This document shows, in pieces, positions 62,024 through 64,000 of a stretch of 64,000 nt of DNA. Position 1 is the first letter of the stretch. The number at the start of each line of letters is the position of its first letter. The position numbers and the translations under genes are program-made. The stretch comes from Paenibacillus sp. (lineage in GTDB: Bacteria; Bacteroidota; Bacteroidia; Bacteroidales; Muribaculaceae). The notes under the pieces are model-generated. The model saw only the letters and a program-made list of their open reading frames with translations, ran no database searches and was not told the origin of the DNA. Location of the stretch: contig JAMPHR010000001.1 of assembly GCA_023663345.1 (NCBI GenBank), positions 199,997-263,996 of the forward strand, in the 5' to 3' direction.

Positions 62024-62551
62024 CTATTGATTTTTGAAGTATTGAGATTTGAGTTTATTCATCCCTGACTTGAATCGAGATTTTACGGTTGATGCCGGGA
62101 CTGAAAGTAGCTGACTGATCTCTACAAACGAAAGTTCATCCATGATATTCATCCGTATTATCTCTGCCTCCCTGTCGGGTAAATTCTCAAGCAGTTTCCT
62201 AAGACGCTCTGCCTCTTCATGGTCGGCTTCGGCTTCCATGAGATCGGGGATATTATTGTCGTCATCCTGTAACCCCCTGATGTTATTGCCAGATATGAGG
62301 AAGTCTTTACATAGATTATAGACAATTCGGAACAGATACATCCTGAGACTGTTCCTTTTTACCCTTGAAAGATCTGTTTCCAAAAGTCTGGTAGCAGCTT
62401 CATGGACTATATCCTCAGCGTCATACCGGTTGCCAACCCTGAGAATGGCAAAACGTACAAGGTAATCGAGATTGGCCTCAATTACTTTTTCTGCGGATTG
62501 CCGTGTCGTAGTTATGTCGAACATCCATTTCATTTGCCCAGAATCGGTCAT
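62024..62551 (-). CDS. ECF RNA polymerase sigma-70 factor
   Basis: Region 2 DAEDIVHE...YLFRIVYN; region 4 SFVEISQLLSVPASTVKSR. Confidence 0.92.
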   Translation of the reverse strand: MTDSGQMKWMFDITTTRQSAEKVIEANLDYLVRFAILRVGNRYDAEDIVHEAATRLLETDLSRVKRNSLRMYLFRIVYNLCKDFLISGNNIRGLQDDDNNIPDLMEAEADHEEAERLRKLLENLPDREAEIIRMNIMDELSFVEISQLLSVPASTVKSRFKSGMNKLKSQYFKNQ

Positions 62552-62586
62552 TTACTATAAAGACTGAAAAATAATAAAAAACGACG

Positions 62587-62621
62587 AAAAGCCCCTGTTA
62601 AAATGTGTGAATAACAGGGGC
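62587..62621 (-). terminator. rtcB terminator
   Basis: GCCCCTGTTA / TAACAGGGGC with AAAA on +. Confidence 0.7.
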
Positions 62622-62694
62622 GGAGTGCAATGTATTATCTTCGGTACGATGGCCGATCAAGCAATATTTATACGGAATGATTCTATTGTAGCTT

Positions 62695-63957
62695 TTATTT
62701 TGATGCCTTGAAGTTGAATATTGGCCGAATGATTGTGTCAATCTTTACCGTGTCTCCTATATTGGCAATAATTTCATCGGCAGGTTTATATGCCATGGGC
62801 GATTCGTCACGGGTGAAGTCGTTGACGCTTTCGGAATATATCCCCGACATAGATGCCTCGAAATCTTCCATTTTGATTTGGGCGTATGCTTGGGTGCGGC
62901 TCAATACGCGTCCCGCACCGTGAGGAGCTGAACAGTTCCAATCAGGATTGCCCTTGCCGGTGCAAAGCAAAGACCCATCGCGCATATTGAGCGGAATGAT
63001 GCACCGCTCGCCTGCGGCGGCCGAGATGGATCCTTTGCGGATGATGTTGTCATCGCTGATATAGTTGTGTATCGATTCAAACTCTTCGACCACTGACGTA
63101 TCGGGGAAGAATTTCAATAAGAGCAACGATATCAGTTCCCTGTTTAATGAGGCCCAGCGTTGGCAAAGACGCATATCATGGAGATAGTCTTCACGAGCCT
63201 CGCCCTCGACATAACATAGGTCGCGCGGGAACATTGGCTCGGCCAATTGCTGATTCTTACGCATATTCTTGATTACGCCTTGAAGTTCAGAACGGCGACC
63301 TGCGGCCTTGTACTCCTCGATTGTTCGCCTTATTGCTTCCTCAAACTCATCAGCGCCTTCGGTGAGATGCTTTATGGCCCGGGCCTGGTAGATTTCTGCT
63401 ACCTGCTTGCCAAGATTGCGGGATCCGGTGTGGATAACAAGATACACGTTCCCTTCATCATCCTTATCCAGCTCAATGAAATGGTTGCCACCTCCGAGAG
63501 AGCCTATGGCCTTGTTGATGCGGTCGGAGTATTTCAATTCACGATAGCAACGGAGAGCAAGTACAAGCTTCTTGGCTTCGCGGTATATATCCATTTCTTC
63601 TCCGGCGAGTTGCTTGAATCCTCGTTTCTCTTCGCGGATCAGCATACCCGATGGCACATTTGCCTTGATATGCTCATGGAAAGCATGGTAATCAATATCA
63701 TCAGCCTTGCCAAGATTAAGGATCCTCATGCCGCATCCTATATCCACTCCCACGATATTGGGGATGACTTTATCCCCGAGGTCGCCGGTGAATCCGATCA
63801 CGCATCCTGCTCCTGCGTGAACGTCGGGCATTATGCGTATCTTCTTGTCGGAGAATACATCAATGGAGATAAGCTCTTTGATCTGCTCCAACGCGTTCTC
63901 TTCAATGTTGTCAGTGAATATCTTCACGTCATAACCTTCGATTGTTTTCATAATCAA
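62695..63957 (-). CDS. rtcB: RtcB RNA ligase (RNA repair)
   Basis: MPDVHAG, VGVDIGCG, GSLGGGNHFIE, IHTGSRNLG, APHGAGR. Confidence 0.95.
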   Translation of the reverse strand: MIMKTIEGYDVKIFTDNIEENALEQIKELISIDVFSDKKIRIMPDVHAGAGCVIGFTGDLGDKVIPNIVGVDIGCGMRILNLGKADDIDYHAFHEHIKANVPSGMLIREEKRGFKQLAGEEMDIYREAKKLVLALRCYRELKYSDRINKAIGSLGGGNHFIELDKDDEGNVYLVIHTGSRNLGKQVAEIYQARAIKHLTEGADEFEEAIRRTIEEYKAAGRRSELQGVIKNMRKNQQLAEPMFPRDLCYVEGEAREDYLHDMRLCQRWASLNRELISLLLLKFFPDTSVVEEFESIHNYISDDNIIRKGSISAAAGERCIIPLNMRDGSLLCTGKGNPDWNCSAPHGAGRVLSRTQAYAQIKMEDFEASMSGIYSESVNDFTRDESPMAYKPADEIIANIGDTVKIDTIIRPIFNFKASK

Positions 63958-63974
63958 CTTTATCTAACCTGGTG

Positions 63975-64000
63975 CAAAGTTAAATCGCTCCTGCGCAATT
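63975..64000 (-). promoter_or_regulatory. rtcB promoter: TTGCGCA half-site, 9 nt, TAACTTTG (upstream half-site would lie beyond the window)
   Basis: Minus strand aaTTGCGCA-ggagcgatt-TAACTTTG; geometry identical to 41346-41369. Confidence 0.72.

Overview
Bacteroidales (Muribaculaceae-like, ~50-55% GC) chromosomal window. The left 39 kb holds an Fe-S/aldo-keto reductase operon and a large HTCS-controlled arabinoxylan utilisation locus: GH115, CE1, three GH43, a GH97-CE6 fusion, tandem susC-susD-susC-susD, an SGBP, an inactive-looking GH10, GH98-CBM35 and GH127/146. The first susC is out of frame at a C9 tract inside its signal peptide. The most unusual element lies at 40.3-42.7 kb. A WYL-domain regulator is divergent from an uncharacterised helical 296-aa protein, whose stop codon is followed directly by a ~330-nt highly base-paired non-coding RNA candidate with a 6-nt-periodic U-rich tract. 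Its promoter carries a TGCGCAA-type palindrome at exactly the same spacing as the promoter of the rtcB RNA ligase 21 kb away, suggesting an RNA-damage-responsive protein+ncRNA system. The rest is housekeeping genes (dnaK, asnA, tsaC, ClC, miaA, pepT, menD), a MITE/REP-like patch and an accessory cluster (SMR, nim-like, GNAT, DJ-1, ECF sigma/anti-sigma-like/frameshifted OM barrel, rtcB). No rRNA, tRNA, CRISPR array or transposase was seen. All family calls come from motif recognition by eye, not from database searches.
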